A stretch of 62,854 nt of DNA, counting the filler, from Gonapodya sp. JEL0774 (taxonomy: Eukaryota): the NCBI GenBank assembly GCA_027604505.1. It is 19 parts of 19 records of this genome, joined end to end, with 100 filler letters (N's around TTAATTAATTAA, not from the genome) between each part and the next. Parts side by side here need not be neighbours in the genome. Positions count along the whole stretch, not along the records: positions 1 to 3,234 come from JADIIX010001391.1; positions 3,335 to 6,568 come from JADIIX010001392.1; positions 6,669 to 9,901 come from JADIIX010001393.1; positions 10,002 to 13,231 come from JADIIX010001394.1; positions 13,332 to 16,560 come from JADIIX010001395.1; 14 more parts are not named here. One strand, given 5' to 3'. The translations under genes and the position numbers were made by a program. Under the pieces are notes generated by a model. The model did not search any database and was not told the DNA's origin. It saw only the letters and a list, made by a program, of their open reading frames with translations. Shown piece after piece: positions 1 to 13,532 of this stretch (its first letter is position 1; each line of letters starts with the position of its first letter).

Positions 1-1127
1 GATGACGACGACAAATGACCTGAGAACTCAAATCTGAGCGTAGAGATACATTTTCCAATCGTGAAAGGTGTTTCCGCCATGAGTGACTGTCTGTGATCTT
101 AGTCTGAGGGGCACTACGAGGCCGCTGAGCTGAACACACTCAAGCGCAACCCAGTACCAGGGTATGACAGCACCAGCCGAGTGTGTATGCGGAAGACTGG
201 GTCAATTCATCTCCATCAATTCGGCAGTTGGACCATGTACATATGGAAGATGTTTCAAATATTGGACATGAAGACAGCAGCCATCAGACACCAAGCCCCT
301 GTGCAAGAGCAGTACTCAAGACAGTATCAAACTCCTCGGAATCATGTTGTGACGTCTTCCTCTGTCAAAAATTCATCACAACGGATTTGGACAGATTTTC
401 AAAGCAATCTTGCATATGCTTGTCGCACTTATACATAGCAACCACCACTGTCCACTGAGATCAAATCGTTTAACGTTGACCTTTTTGAACTCCAAGCCGT
501 CACGTGATGCATAACGTCATATATATTTCCCAATTATGTTTTTGTGTCCGAGCGAGAACTGAATGTATAACTGTCTGGCTGTCGAAACGTCTCCCGGTTG
601 AGAAGTCCATCGCTTCCTGAGACGGTAACCAGTAACCCGATGCAATTGAAGCGTTCTGAATTATTGGTTGTGAGTTATGTACTGAACCGGATCTGATTTG
701 CGATGTTTTGGAGATCAGTAAAGACACGATCGCGAGTATATTACAGTAAAATACAGTCCCAGGCGTACTCCAGATAGTCGAGAAACATGTATCCTGGTGC
801 GGTTGCCACACACTAGGTTTGAGCACAGTTTGTCAACTCACCAGAGTAAGTGTTCCCACGCAGGTTGGAGGCCGAGGAGCAGTGGTAGTAAAGGTAGGAG
901 GGAAGACGTGTCAGTACTCAGTACTGTGGTGGGTGTGCGCAACAAGTGGTGACGACAAAGAATGTAGGTGGCGATAAGGTGGAGAGGTGGATGCGCTGAG
1001 TGCTGGGGAACGTCACGTGGTGCACGGGATGTCCAATCAGGAAAATTGTTGTTTACCCGCCCCCTTGGCTGATCTCCATACGTACTTCTATTTTGCATAA
1101 AACTCAACGCTGTAAAACCGGACCATC

Positions 1128-3234
1128 ATGAAGACGAAGGATCCGCAGCCTGCTGTAGGAGTTAGAATTGGAACTGGTGGATCGACCTCGAAAAGGACCT
1201 TTCCCGGTGTTCTGGATGGCGTCCTGCAGCAATCACCCGCTCAGAGCGCGCATTCTTCCACGGCTTCAGCAATGAGTCCAAGAAACTTTATATCTATTGG
1301 TCTCGCGCCTTTGAATAAGCCAGGTCAGTGTCGTTTTCTGATGGGGCCCGACTTGCGAAGCTCTTATTATCTGCGTGATTGACTTACGGTGCCAACTCCT
1401 CGCCGTTTGAATGTATAATCGCAGGGGTTCTCTCGCTTATCGCTTCGCATCACGATCATGCCCATGATCACATGCTCATTCCGTACGCTGTCGCTTCGTT
1501 CGATGATGGGAATCCGGGAGGAATTCGAATGGTGAAGTACGAACTGGACCCACAGACCGAATCAAAAGTATTAGTGAGTACTACTACGGGAAGACACCGC
1601 GCGTTTGGGGCGGCCATAATGGGGATGTAGCGTTTTCGCTGTGTACGCCCCTCAAATCAGATGGACGAGAGAGTGGTTCCTCGCCGGGCAGCCCTGAAAA
1701 CCCCCACTATTTCATCATCGGTGAATTCCAATGCACCTATCGGCCAGACTGCACATTCACTGCCAAGGAGTGCTGGCTCAGCGAGCTCCGCAGCATCTCT
1801 ACCGAGGGCGAAACATGTAGCTTCCGACCATTCGGTCGACTCTTTCACGATGCCTCGTCTCATTTGCATTGATGATGATTATGCAAGAGAGTGGGCGAAG
1901 ATGCACCCGGGCCATCGCCTGATTCCTGTGGGAAAGACGACTCGTACCTCTGTTGATGCTGTTCAGTTCGCCAACAAGTGGGGTACTGGTCACTGGAGGC
2001 ACCCTTCCTTTTGGCATAACTGTCGCGCTTTTGTAAACGACTTTTGCCAGTACCTTGTTACTGAGCGGCCCGGGGCATGGGAATTGCCTGTTCCCACTGT
2101 CTCGAAGCTGCGGGATGGTCGCGTAGCGCCTAAAGCCAGCAAGGTACGTGCTCCGCGAACTCGAACCAAATCACGCCAATCAGGTGACCAAATTGTTTTC
2201 TGATAGACGTTTTCAACGCCGATTCAGTACGCTTTTTGGACGGTGGATCGCTTCCCGAGTAGCTCGACGCAAAAATTAGCAGCAGACATTGAATCTGTTC
2301 GATCTGAGACAGGTGATTCAGAAAACCTCGCCAAACCAACCACGAGCTCGAAGAAGGAGAAGGGAGGGACTCGCATTCAATTCTCGCTAGCGCCCGCTCA
2401 GGCAGAAGATTCCATGAAAAATGCCCGACTGATCACGACCATGGAATCTAGTCCGGTATCCACGAAGCAACGAAGCTTCGGGGCCCCAATTTCAATCCTA
2501 AATCGACGTGTCAGCTCCAACATCAACGCCACAGTCACTAGTGAAGGTCGTCTCGATCTTGACATTGAAGATTTAGGTATTGGCGCTTTGTTCACAGATG
2601 ACGAAGACGTCGAGGATTCAAGCACCTCCGAGGTTGAATCCAGTAGGCCTCCTCGTCCGTTCACGGAAGTGCGCAAATTATCTCAAATGGTACAGCAAGA
2701 GAAAGTCGCGGAAGCAAACGAGAATTTGGCGAGGCGGAAGCTAATTGGAATGCGTGACGCCTTCACCGTGCCGAGATTGAATGTTTTGATAACGATTGTT
2801 GGAAGTCGCGGAGGTACAGTATCTCTTTGTTTGGCAAGTAAATTGTCTCAAACTCATCCCCATTTGTGTCTTTCTTTTCTCGCACCGATCAACTGCAGAT
2901 GTTCAACCATTTATTGCGTTGGGCAAGCGGCTACAAGCGCCATCGCCCAAACATCCTTTCGGTCATCGAGTTCGTTTAGCTACGCATGAAACTTTCCGCA
3001 AGTTTGTGACCGACTCTGGTCTCGAATATTACCCTCTAGGAGGCGATCCCGCGGATTTGATGGCGTACATGGTCAAAAGTAGGCTCACGTCTTACTGACT
3101 GCTTCGCTTCGAGTAAAGACTGATGCTCGCATCTTTGGAGATCCTGGGGTACTTCCCGGAATTTCATCTATTCGTGCTGGTGACGTTGGGAAGAAACGCA
3201 CTCAAATGCGAGAGATAATTAAGAGCACCTACAA
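1128..3234 (+). CDS. Multi-exon gene, 3' truncated: N-terminal PPPDE/DeSI-like (permuted papain) domain fused to a sterol 3-beta-glucosyltransferase (GT1/UGT80-Atg26-like, Glyco_transf_28 N domain)
   Basis: Phase-consistent GT-AG introns 1324-1424, 1574-1660, 2144-2206, 2814-2898 and 3079-3140 join the ORFs. Glucosyltransferase motifs: [25 protein letters not shown]...[16 protein letters not shown]...[28 protein letters not shown]-like motif: VGKT...[14 protein letters not shown]. Confidence 0.8.
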
Positions 3235-3334
3235 NNNNNNNNNNNNNNNNNNNNNNNNNNNNNNNNNNNNNNNNNNNNTTAATTAATTAANNNNNNNNNN
3301 NNNNNNNNNNNNNNNNNNNNNNNNNNNNNNNNNN

Positions 3335-6300
3335 GAAAGTATGCACATGTCACAACACTCAATGCCGTCAGTGCATCAGCAAAATCACGCACTCGTCCGA
3401 AGAGACGGGTGGCAGGAGAGCCATTCTAACAGCGTATCCAAGTGGTATTTTAGCTTTGTCCAGAGTAAAGACAATGAGAAGTTATAGGTCTACCGGAGAA
3501 TTGATGTCAAAGAAGGAACACTGACTCTTCTGCTCGAGACCATCCAAAATCGACAGAATGTCCTTGATGGATTTCAATAAGACGGATGGCCGAAGAATGT
3601 CGAACGGAATCTAAAATGATAGATTGAATGGCATCGACATCCGCTAGTCTCTGCGATACCCAGAATATCATAATATCGTCCTACTCACGGTCGTATCAAC
3701 ATCCTTCAACAATGGATCCTTCCGATCGCCTCCAATCAAGTTGACTGGAGAGGTTGACTTGTAGACGAGAGCGTTCACGTGACTGCAAAAGTGAACACAA
3801 ACCCTCTCACTACAGAGTCCGACATAAGTTAACAATAAGTTTTCTGACCTCGTCACTCGTGTCGTAATGGCCCGAATCAAGAATCCAGTCGGACGGTATG
3901 CTAGATCATATACTTGTACTTGTTCCTTCTGGTTCAGCGATGTTACCAACGCGTGCATGGCGGTTCGCAACTGCCAGAGCCTTGACCAAACAGTTCAGGT
4001 AGCCAAAATTTCCGTGAAGTTGGAGACACATCGGTGCTCACCGTTCTTGCTCTGCTGTGGAGACGGATGCGCCAGGAGTGGTTTCTTGTTTCTTCTTTTT
4101 GAGCTTCTTTGTTTCTTTGAGATTCTCAATTGATTTCTTTACCACCTTCGTGACGGTGTATTGGCATCAATGGCAGTGGCTCGTGTAGCATCCAATCATC
4201 TTCTGAACCTGAATTCATCCTGGCACTTACCGCAGCGGACGCCTTTTGCGACTCACCAGCAAACTCGACCACCAGATCTGCCGCGCGTGAGCTCACAGTG
4301 GTAAATAATTCTTCAATAAAAGTTCCAGCCACCACCTTAAAGTGGTCGAACTAAAAATCAAACATGCGAGCAATGGTTAAATAGTGTGGTTGCCAAATGC
4401 CTCGGGGCTTACCCAACAAAAAAAAAGTACCTCCATTGGAAAAGCACTCGCCGCGCACATCGGCGCAGCGATTAATACATTGGCGTACCCGATAATGTAT
4501 CTTTGCTGGTCCGAAGCCATGGAACTCGGGGCCAATATATCCTCCACATGTTCATTTATCTCATTGGTATAGAAAACGAGCTCTTTGAGTGAATGATTCG
4601 ACTCCATAAACCCTTCGAAGTCAGCAAGAGGTGCCACAATGTACATCAACATGTCCATTTTCCCCGCCAATTCAGCGAATACGCTGGCCTTTTTTATTGC
4701 GGCGCCGTGGGAGGAGGCCAAAATCTGCACCTTGAGCCAAGCGGGTTCAACCATTTTGAGCGCGGGCAAGTCCATCGTGCCCTCGGCAACGGCAACGAGG
4801 GTGCTCTCGAGGTCACCGACGATGGCGAGGGCGGCGCGTCCACTGCTGAAGGAATCTTCGACGGAGTTACGGACGTTAAGAGACGCGAGATACGTTTTTA
4901 ATCTTTCTAGGCGGAGCTGATGAATTGCTAGCGGGACAAAACAATTCAACACTTCATGGGCTCAGATGCACAAAGGCGGCAGCCGAGCTACCTACCTTTT
5001 TTCATCCCCCTCAAAGTCGCATCCAACCTCCAAGTCTGCCAAACAAGTTCCGTGATCGTGCCGTCCAGGTTCGTTCGGCCCCCTTTATTCGGTTTCTTGC
5101 TCAAGGATGACATCCTCTCCAGGTTGGAGAAATACCACAATATTTCATCTTTGGAAGTCGCAAGGGCGCATAAAAAGATCTAAAACCGGTTACGCGGGGT
5201 GGTAGTGGTGTGTGTGTGGGCGGAGGGAGCATGTCAGGTACCGTCAATTTTATTGGTGTGTCCGTTGCACAGTGTGAGCGAGAACGACTTACGTCCAGCA
5301 GCGTTCCTAAATGCTCAGGGCAATTAGAGAGTGGGACGAGTTTCTTAAATTGCAGTCGCAGATACTCTCGGCGTTCCTTATGTAAAGCGATTTGGGAAGC
5401 AAGGGTGGTATCGCTAAACGTACGCGTTTGAGTGCAGGAGCAAAGTTGCTGGTTGGTTGAAGATGAAAGTAAGAGAGTGTGAGAAGCCCCCAAGGGTCAA
5501 CGTACGATAGCCGGGGAGCGTTCTTGAGCTTCACTTTCCCGATTTCGTCCGGGACGTAAAGCAACTTTCATTCACAAGGAGGGTTGTTACCACACAAAAT
5601 AATTACTAGTGGTCCGAACGGAAGGCAGCAAGACGAAATTTCCCAAGAACATACGATGTTTCGATCGATTCTTATGGCCGACCCAAATTCGTACGCGGTG
5701 GCTAAGAGGTCCGTGTCCTTGTGGAACTCTTGTGGGAAGAGGAGATACGGAAGTACAAGGTACCCAAATTTGCGGCTGCTTGTCGAGTAGCCAGAAGCGT
5801 TCTACGTTTGTGGAGTCGTTACAGAGTAGTGGAGTAAAGATGAGGAGTCGTTAAATTCACAGTTACTGTTCCCCATTGTCGTTGCAAAGTACAGACTGAC
5901 CAGGAAGTCCAGTTCCTTTGGCATCGACGCTTGCGTTGCCACCATTTTCAAATCCTCAGGCTTGATGCGGGACGCTGTTCGAGGTAAATTTGGATTGCGG
6001 AAAGTGGCCAATACGTCGCAGAGCTTGTAGATCGATCCAGTGACGTCCGGTGGTACAATCTTTCCCTCACAGGTTTGAATGAGTCTGGAAATCCTAGATG
6101 TTATCGGCGAAATATGTCGTGTTGGTTATTTCAAGTTAGAAAACAAGAGCAATCTGCAATCTCTCTCGGCATAGAGACCAGCGGTGGTAAGACTGTGTCC
6201 ACTCAGCCTTGGTTTGACCTCTTTAGGCTCTCTCACAACAGCTCACGTTTTGCACCCTGTTATATGATCCGCTCCGGGAGCAATATGGGGCCATAGGACC
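3335..6300 (-). pseudogene. Fragmented, probably decayed gene of unknown family
   Basis: Several protein-like minus-strand ORF pieces (5802-6011, 5101-5493, 4377-4952, 4126-4335, 3668-3970) interrupted by stops and frame changes. No recognisable motif. Confidence 0.3.
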
Positions 6301-6668
6301 AAGACGATTTTGCGCGTGTCCCCACAAAGCTCAAAGAGATGGTGAACGTGGAGGATTGCCGTAAGAAGGTCGCAGACAACAGTAGCAAGGGAGGTGGTGA
6401 CGGGGAACTAGCGACCGGCCGTAAACGAAGCGGATTTCAGTGCGAATCAGCGTCGTCCGACAGGCATCTGTTCCTTCAATCCCCCCCGAACGTTTTTTCT
6501 CTCGCGGTTGTCCGATAGGTCCCGCCTCCCACCACTCACGATCGAATTGTCAGAGAACTCACATCAACNNNNNNNNNNNNNNNNNNNNNNNNNNNNNNNN
6601 NNNNNNNNNNNNTTAATTAATTAANNNNNNNNNNNNNNNNNNNNNNNNNNNNNNNNNNNNNNNNNNNN

Positions 6669-9600
6669 GCTCAACTCATCCACGCAGCCATCCAACAACC
6701 GTCCAGATTCGGTAAAGACCGGTCATTGACAGACACGGCCTTGTTACTCTGGCACGCGGAAAGAGCAGACGCTGTAGAGTGTGTCGAGTTGGTCGTCAGG
6801 GGCGCTTATGGGGCAGAGTTTGTGGGGACCCCGGTGCGACACACGCTCCGCACGTTTGCGGTCGAGGTGCTCGGACTGCCCGAGATGGTTGATCCGTCGT
6901 CGACCGACTTCTCTGCAAACACAACCAACAACACCCGCACATCGGCGTTCTCCACCACAACCACACCCACAGCAACGTCCTTCTCCCTCCCCCACCACCT
7001 CCTCTCCCTCCTCTCCTCCCTCTCGAACCCCACCACTCTCTCCACTCCCAACACCTCGACCTCTTTCACTCCCACCCCGCTCCCCCCCACCTCCCTCTCC
7101 CTCCACACCTCCCACTCCCACTCCCTTGCCCACCGCTCCTCCATCCTCCTCTCCTCCCTCGCCTCCCACAACGCACTCTCCCCACCAGCAGCCCTCGACT
7201 GTCTCCGCACGCTCAAACAAGCCACCATAGACGATATCTGGTGGAGGGCCATGTTCGTCACCGTGGCAGAAACTCTCCGGGTGTCCCCCTCCCACTCCAC
7301 GTCCCACCACTCCCCGACCGACGATGACGACCACCACCACCACCACCACCACGGCCCGCTCTTTTTGCGCGACAAGGACCTCATCCGTGCCATGTGGGCT
7401 GAAATTGACGGGAAGAAGACCGAGTGGAAGTGGGACGGATTACGTGCTGCAACGGGACTGGTGTGGGTCGTGGCAGCAAGGGTGGTGGCCGAGGTATGTT
7501 GGTTGTGGGACAAGGGGGTACCGGGCGGGGTTTCATTGGGGGACTGGGGGTCGGGGCAGTGGCGGGTTTCGTCTGGCCGGTCGGACACGTTTCCGGTTCC
7601 TCGTGCTTGTCTCTGACGGTGTAACTCACACATGTTCCTCCCTCGTATCTCTCGTCCTTCCCTCCCCCTCTCACACCCTATCGCACCTCACTCCACCAGT
7701 CCGACCCCACACCACAGCCCCACCTCACCCACCTCACACCCAAAACCACCTCCCTCATCGACTCCTCCGCTCTCCTCTTTTTCCGTACCCAGTTGCTCGC
7801 CTTCCGACCCTGGCACTGGACGTGCGACGGTGTCCTCACGCCACCTTCCACCCCCGCGCGTGGTACCGGTGCGGCGTCGTTCTTCTCCTCCGTGCCTGAC
7901 CAACCCTCCCTCGACAAGGACCTCCACGCGCGCTGTCTGAGCGTGGTGGAGGACTGGGTCATCGGGTTCTTGCAGCGGTGCGGCACGGCGGTGTGGAGGG
8001 CAAGGCAGGTCGAGGAAGATAACGCGGGTGGCGGGGCGCCGTCCGCGGCCACTGCGTCCAGCTCAACATCGGGGGACCATCACCCCACCCGCTCAACCCG
8101 CTTCTCCTCGTCCTCCCACCGTGCGTCCTCCCCAACAACAGCCACCACGACCTCCCCCGTCCCCGCCACCCGCCTTCCCCCCTCTGACCCGCCTTTCACC
8201 TCCCTGCTCCTCCTCCTCCACCTCCTCTTCCGTGGCCGCCCCGACTCCTCCTCTGCCCTGCGATTCTGGCGCACTCCGGCATGCGTGGGATTCTTGAACC
8301 ACGCCAGGGACACCACAAGTGCCACGGCCAGGGCGGCGGTGTTTTTGGCAATCGTCGGGGTGGCGGAGGGGGGGAGGTGTGCTGGGGAGGCGTTTAGGTA
8401 CCTCGAAGGAGCCGGTGGGGGGCGGGGGTTCGGAGGTGCGGGAGGGATAGCGGGGTATGGGACTGGGATGGGGCAGCAGCACCATTTGTGTAGCTGGAAG
8501 GCCCTCGCGGCGGGTGTGGAGTATTCTACCAGGGTGGCGGTCCAGTCTGCGTCCGCGGGCCCCACCGCCACCTCCACAACCACCACCCCTACCACTGAAT
8601 CCGCCATCCTCACCGCCTTCCTCCACCTCCTCCGCACCGTGGTGTCCTACCACACCCCGGCCCGACTCGCCCTGTCCGGCCTCCACCCGCACCCGCACCC
8701 CCACCAGCGGTACGCAATGCTCGACCTGTGCGTCGCCCTCGCGGTGGCGCCGGTGCCGGCGGGCGTCAAGGCCGCCGCGGTCGGCGCGGTGGGAGGCATG
8801 TGTGAGGGACGGGACGGAGCAGCGGAATGGGTGTGGAAGGTGGTGGAGGAGGCCGGGGTGGTGGTGCAGGTCCGTCAGGAGGGCGGCGCGGGTGGGGGTG
8901 GGGGTGTCCCGTCCGCACCACCCGCGCCGGCGACCCCTCCCGGCGCCCAAGCCGACCTGGAGCTGGAATCGTCTACGGGGAGGTACCCCGTGACCACGGC
9001 CCTGGTGGAGCTTTTCGCCACGTTGGTCCGCACGACGGTGAACGGCAGCGGCGTGGGCGGGGTGTACGAGACGCTCGGTGCCGGAAAAAGGAGTCCCGGG
9101 GTGAGGCCATATGTGGAGTGGGTCGTGGGAGGGGTAGGGGGAGAGGTGAGTTGTGCGTCGTTGGGAGGAACGGTGTGTTTTGTGAGATGGTCGTGGTGAT
9201 GGTGACGGATTTTTGCTTTTTGGGTTTGGCTCTGCCTGTTCTGTGTGGAGCTAGGCCGCGACGAGGTATTACGCCGACCCGGCCGAGAAGTACCGCCTGG
9301 TGTACGCTTACGTGAGGTTCGTCGAGGCGTGTTTGGACACGTTCGATCTGGGTGACGTGGCGGCGCACCGGTCGGCGCGACCCATCGGCGCGACACCACA
9401 CTCGCCGCCCCCGCCTCCGTACCCCGCAGTACCTGCAGTCCACGACCCCGCTCTGGCCGCCCTCCAGTCCGCCATCCACCACCCCGGGTTCACCGTCATG
9501 CTTGCCATCCTATCTGGCCACAAACTCGTCGACGATCTCTGTGCCGTGATCGCGGCGGAACCCGTGCCGGGCTTGGTGGGCGTGGAGGCGGTCGACGCAG

Positions 9601-9901
9601 GTACCGCAGCGGGGGTGCCGCCGGACTTCAAACCGGCGGTGATTAGGTGTATGAGGATCCTCACTAGAGTGGCCGAATTGGAACGGCCGTTTTTGGACAC
9701 TGTAGTGCCCGCGGTGCGGGATGCTGTGGCGGCTCGGGCAGCGGCGACAGGTGGGGGTGGACAGGGAGCCGGTGTGGGGTTGCCGGGTACGTTCGACCCG
9801 CCGGTCCGTGTTCCCGCGTCCCTGTTCACGCTCGCCGAAGTCCTGCTCAACCGTCGGGTGCCCGTGGTTCCCCGGATCGCCGCGTACGTGGGGTGTGCCT
9901 G
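6669..9901 (+). CDS. NUP192: Nucleoporin Nup192/Nup205 family, internal multi-exon fragment
   Basis: Motifs LLLLHLLFRGRPD...FW, ELESSTGRYPVTTALVELFATL, LGAGKRSPGVRPYVEWV, RYYADPAEKYRL and HPGFTVMLAILSG in ORFs 6726-7616, 7793-9199 and 9300-9901. Confidence 0.8.
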
Positions 9902-10001
9902 NNNNNNNNNNNNNNNNNNNNNNNNNNNNNNNNNNNNNNNNNNNNTTAATTAATTAANNNNNNNNNNNNNNNNNNNNNNNNNNNNNNNNNNNNNNNNNNN
10001 N

Positions 10002-12722
10002 GGTTTGTGATTTTTCAGCTTGCATGAGGGTATTGGAGTGAACAGGCTTTGCTTGTTAACTATCAGCAGATGGCAATGTTGACCTGGCTACAACAGAAAC
10101 TCAATGCAGCTTTTGCACCACTTTGACTTGAAAACAATTGCATGGGTGTGTGATTGAGTAATGTGATGGAAATGCAGCATGGGTGTTTGTGGATGGAGGT
10201 GTCTGCACACAAGGGGACAGGTCCCTGCTGCTCCACCACCAATATGGCTGGATGGCACAGGTTGAACTTGTGTCTAAGCCTGCAGGTACTCTCACAGTAT
10301 CCATAAAACTGTGGCTGTGGAAGATCCTGGTGATTTTTCAGCGTGAGTGGTTGATCAATTTCTCTGCCCATTGTGTGTGTGTTCATGGCACAGCTTGTAT
10401 CAAAAGTCCATGAAAATTTGGCTCCTCTGCAGCGGGCAGCTCATTTATCATCCTGTCAGAGCATGAATGAGTCGGATTCTTTGTATGTTGAAGCCCAAGT
10501 CTATTCACATTCAGATGCTCTGGGTTTGTGGGCTGATTGCTGCTTGTTCCCTGCATTCCCCTTGGACCTGAATTTTCTCATGGGTAGTGCAACAGAATCT
10601 GCATTTGTCTGCATAATATCCCCACTCACTGCCAAAACACAAAGGGATACATCAGTTTTACATGCCAAGTCTGTGCAGATACTGTGGATTGGTTGACCCC
10701 ATCCCAGATGGCTCAAGGCAAGCACACTGACCTTGGGTTTCTCAAAGGGTGTGGTGATGAGATCTGAAATCATCTCATCTAGCACGCCAATGGCACCACA
10801 GGAAGAGATGTCTCTCCTTTTTGGAGATCCAGTCCATATGGACCCTGTGTGTTTGTTGGATCTGTAATTGTGTGTCAGACACCATACAGTACTCATGCCC
10901 CACACCTGCAGTGCCAATTGATGGGGTGCACCTCACTCCCAGTCTCAAGCACCATATCTCTGAAAACAAAGTGCTTGGGCAGTGTTGTGTGTTGGTGGGA
11001 GTGAATTCAGTAGAATATCATTATTGGTGCAGGTCACTGCGGGTTGTTGACACATATCACCTCTCTCTCCACTTTGGTCCCATGGCACAGGTTGAACCAC
11101 CATCTGTCTTTGCAGACACTCTCTAAAATTGCTATTAAAATCCATCTCTTAAAAAGTTTTGTGATTTTTCAGCTTGCTTGAGGGTATTAGAGTGAATAGG
11201 CTTTGCCTGTCGACATCAGAAGATTGCATGTTGACATGGCTACAACAGAAACTCAATGCAGCTTTTGCACCAGTTTGACTTGAAACATGGTATGGGTGCG
11301 TGACTGAGCAATAGGATGAAAATGCAGCTTGGGTTTTTGTGGATGGAGCTGCCTGCACTCGGGGGGGGCAGGTCCCAGCTGCTCCACCACCTGATTCGGC
11401 AGGATGGCAAGGGTTGAACTTGTGTCCAAGCCTGCTTGTCCTCTCGCAATGTCTGTGAAAGTGTGGCTGTGAAAGATCTTGGTCATTTTTCAGCGTGGGT
11501 GATTGATCAATTGTTCTGCCATTACATGGCAAGACAGCTGGTGCCAAAAAGTCCAAGAAAATTTGGCTCCTCTGTGTTCAGCTCTGTTATGTTTCTGACT
11601 GAGCATTGATGAGCGGTTTCTTTTCATGTTGAAGCCCCAGTCTATTCACATTCAGAAACTGTGGATTCGTTGGCTGATTGTTTACTGCGTTGATCCCCCT
11701 TGGGCTTCAATTTTCTCATGTGTGGTGCAACAGAGTCCGCATTTGTCTCCATGGGATCCCCACTCCCTGCAAAAGCGCAAAGGAATCTATCAAGCTCAGA
11801 TGCCTAGTCCATGCAGATATGGTGGATAGGTGGACCCAATGCCCGGTGGCTCAAGTCACGCAAGCTGATCTTGGGTTTCTCAAAGGGTGTGGCAATAAAA
11901 ATCTGTGGTCATCTCATCTAGCGTGCTAAGTGCACCGTGGAAAGCGTTGTCTCTCTTTTTTGGAGGCCCAGTCCATTGAGACACTGTGTGTTTGTAGGAT
12001 CTGTAATTGTATGTGAGCCTGCACCAGTGTTCCATGCCCCACACCTGCAGTGCCAATTGATAGGGTGCACCTCACTCCCAGTCTCAAGCACCATATCTAT
12101 GAAAACAAAGTGTTTGGGCAGAGTTGTGTGTTGGTGGGAGTGAATTCAGTAAAGTCCCATTATTGGTGCAGGTCACGTTGACACATGTCACCACACTCTC
12201 CTTTGGCCCCATGGCACGGGTTGAACCACCATCTGTCTTTGCAGACACTCTCTAAAATTTCTATTAAAATCCATCTCTCAAAAGGGTTTGTGATTTTTCA
12301 GCTTGCATGAGGGTATTGCAGTGAACAGGCTTTGCCTGTCAACTATCAGCAGATGGCAATGTTGACCTGGCTACAACCGAAACTCAATGCAGCTTTTGCA
12401 CCACTTTGACTTGAAAACAATTGCATGGGTGTGTGATTGAGTAATGTGATGGAAATGCAGCATGGGTGTTTGTGGATGGAGGTGTCTGCACACAAGGGGA
12501 CAGGTTCCTGCTGCTCCACCACCAATATGGCTGGATGGCACAGGTTGAACTTGTGTCTAAGCCTGCAGGCACTCTCACAGTATCCATAAAACTGTGGCTG
12601 TGGAAGATCCTGGTGATTTTTGAGCGTGAGTGGTTGATCAATTTCTCTGCCCATTGTGTGTGTGTTCATGACACAGCTTGTATCAAAAGTCCATGAAAAT
12701 TTGGCTCCTCTGCAGGCAGCTC
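10002..12722. repeat. Tandem repeat, about 1.14-kb monomers in A-B-A' order, CpG-depleted
   Basis: The unit start tttgtgatttttcagcttgc recurs at about 10004, 11157 and 12287. The third copy is near-identical to the first (ORFs 10063-10386 and 12346-12669 differ by only a few residues); the second is clearly more divergent. Confidence 0.92.
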
Positions 12723-13532
12723 AGTAAATTATCATTATTGACGCTTTCTGCAGTATCTGCCCCTGTGTCCACCCCTTCACGCATCGTGAGAGCTGCATTT
12801 GATGGCATTGAAGTTATGGATTGGATTTCTTTGTGTCCGGAAAGGTGCTGAATGGGCCCACTTGTTTGTGGGGAGGATGCACAATGAACCTTAGATTGTT
12901 ATGTTCTACGTAATATGTTGTTTTTTTTGGGGTTGTTCTGGCAGTGCGGCTCTCTGACAGGAGTGGCGACATGCACCATTATTGAACAGATTGAGGACGT
13001 AAAAGGAGCTTCGGAGCCAGCAGACTGGGGATCTGGCATCTGTTATGTGGTGGCGTTTCATTTGTATCATGTACATACTAGTATATGTTGGGGTGTGAGG
13101 ACGAGTTTCGGATCGAGGTGACCAGCTGTGAGCAGTGGCCAGTCACCAGGTGGATGGGATTGGGAGCGGTCACACAATATATTTTACAAAACCAGTAAGT
13201 GTTCTATGTCGTTGGTTCTTGGATTGGAGAANNNNNNNNNNNNNNNNNNNNNNNNNNNNNNNNNNNNNNNNNNNNTTAATTAATTAANNNNNNNNNNNNN
13301 NNNNNNNNNNNNNNNNNNNNNNNNNNNNNNNATGAATACCGCCTCTCCATCTGGTCCACACCAACGCTGCGGCCACATATGTCAGAGTCTCTTCTACGAA
13401 CCGGCGCAGAAGTCGCAGCAATTAAAACGCATATGCGACCATAACCGCCAGCTGGAGTATTCATTTGAATGCGCTGAGTCCGCGCCGTAGGTAACCGGGG
13501 ACTGCCATTCAGCATAGACACACATCTACCCC

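Noticed and set aside
3235..3334. Recurrent N...TTAATTAATTAA...N block every ~3.3 kb (18 copies)
   Set aside because: Artificial contig linker with stops in all frames. Contig lengths decrease monotonically, so the periodicity and cross-linker gene neighbourhoods are artefacts.
6744..9482. Long overlapping antisense and alternate-frame ORFs rich in G/P/R
   Set aside because: Shadow ORFs of the GC-rich Nup192 coding sequence.
13117..13148. GGTGAC...GTCACC hairpin as a possible Helitron 3' end
   Set aside because: No correctly spaced CTRR terminus and no other Helitron evidence.
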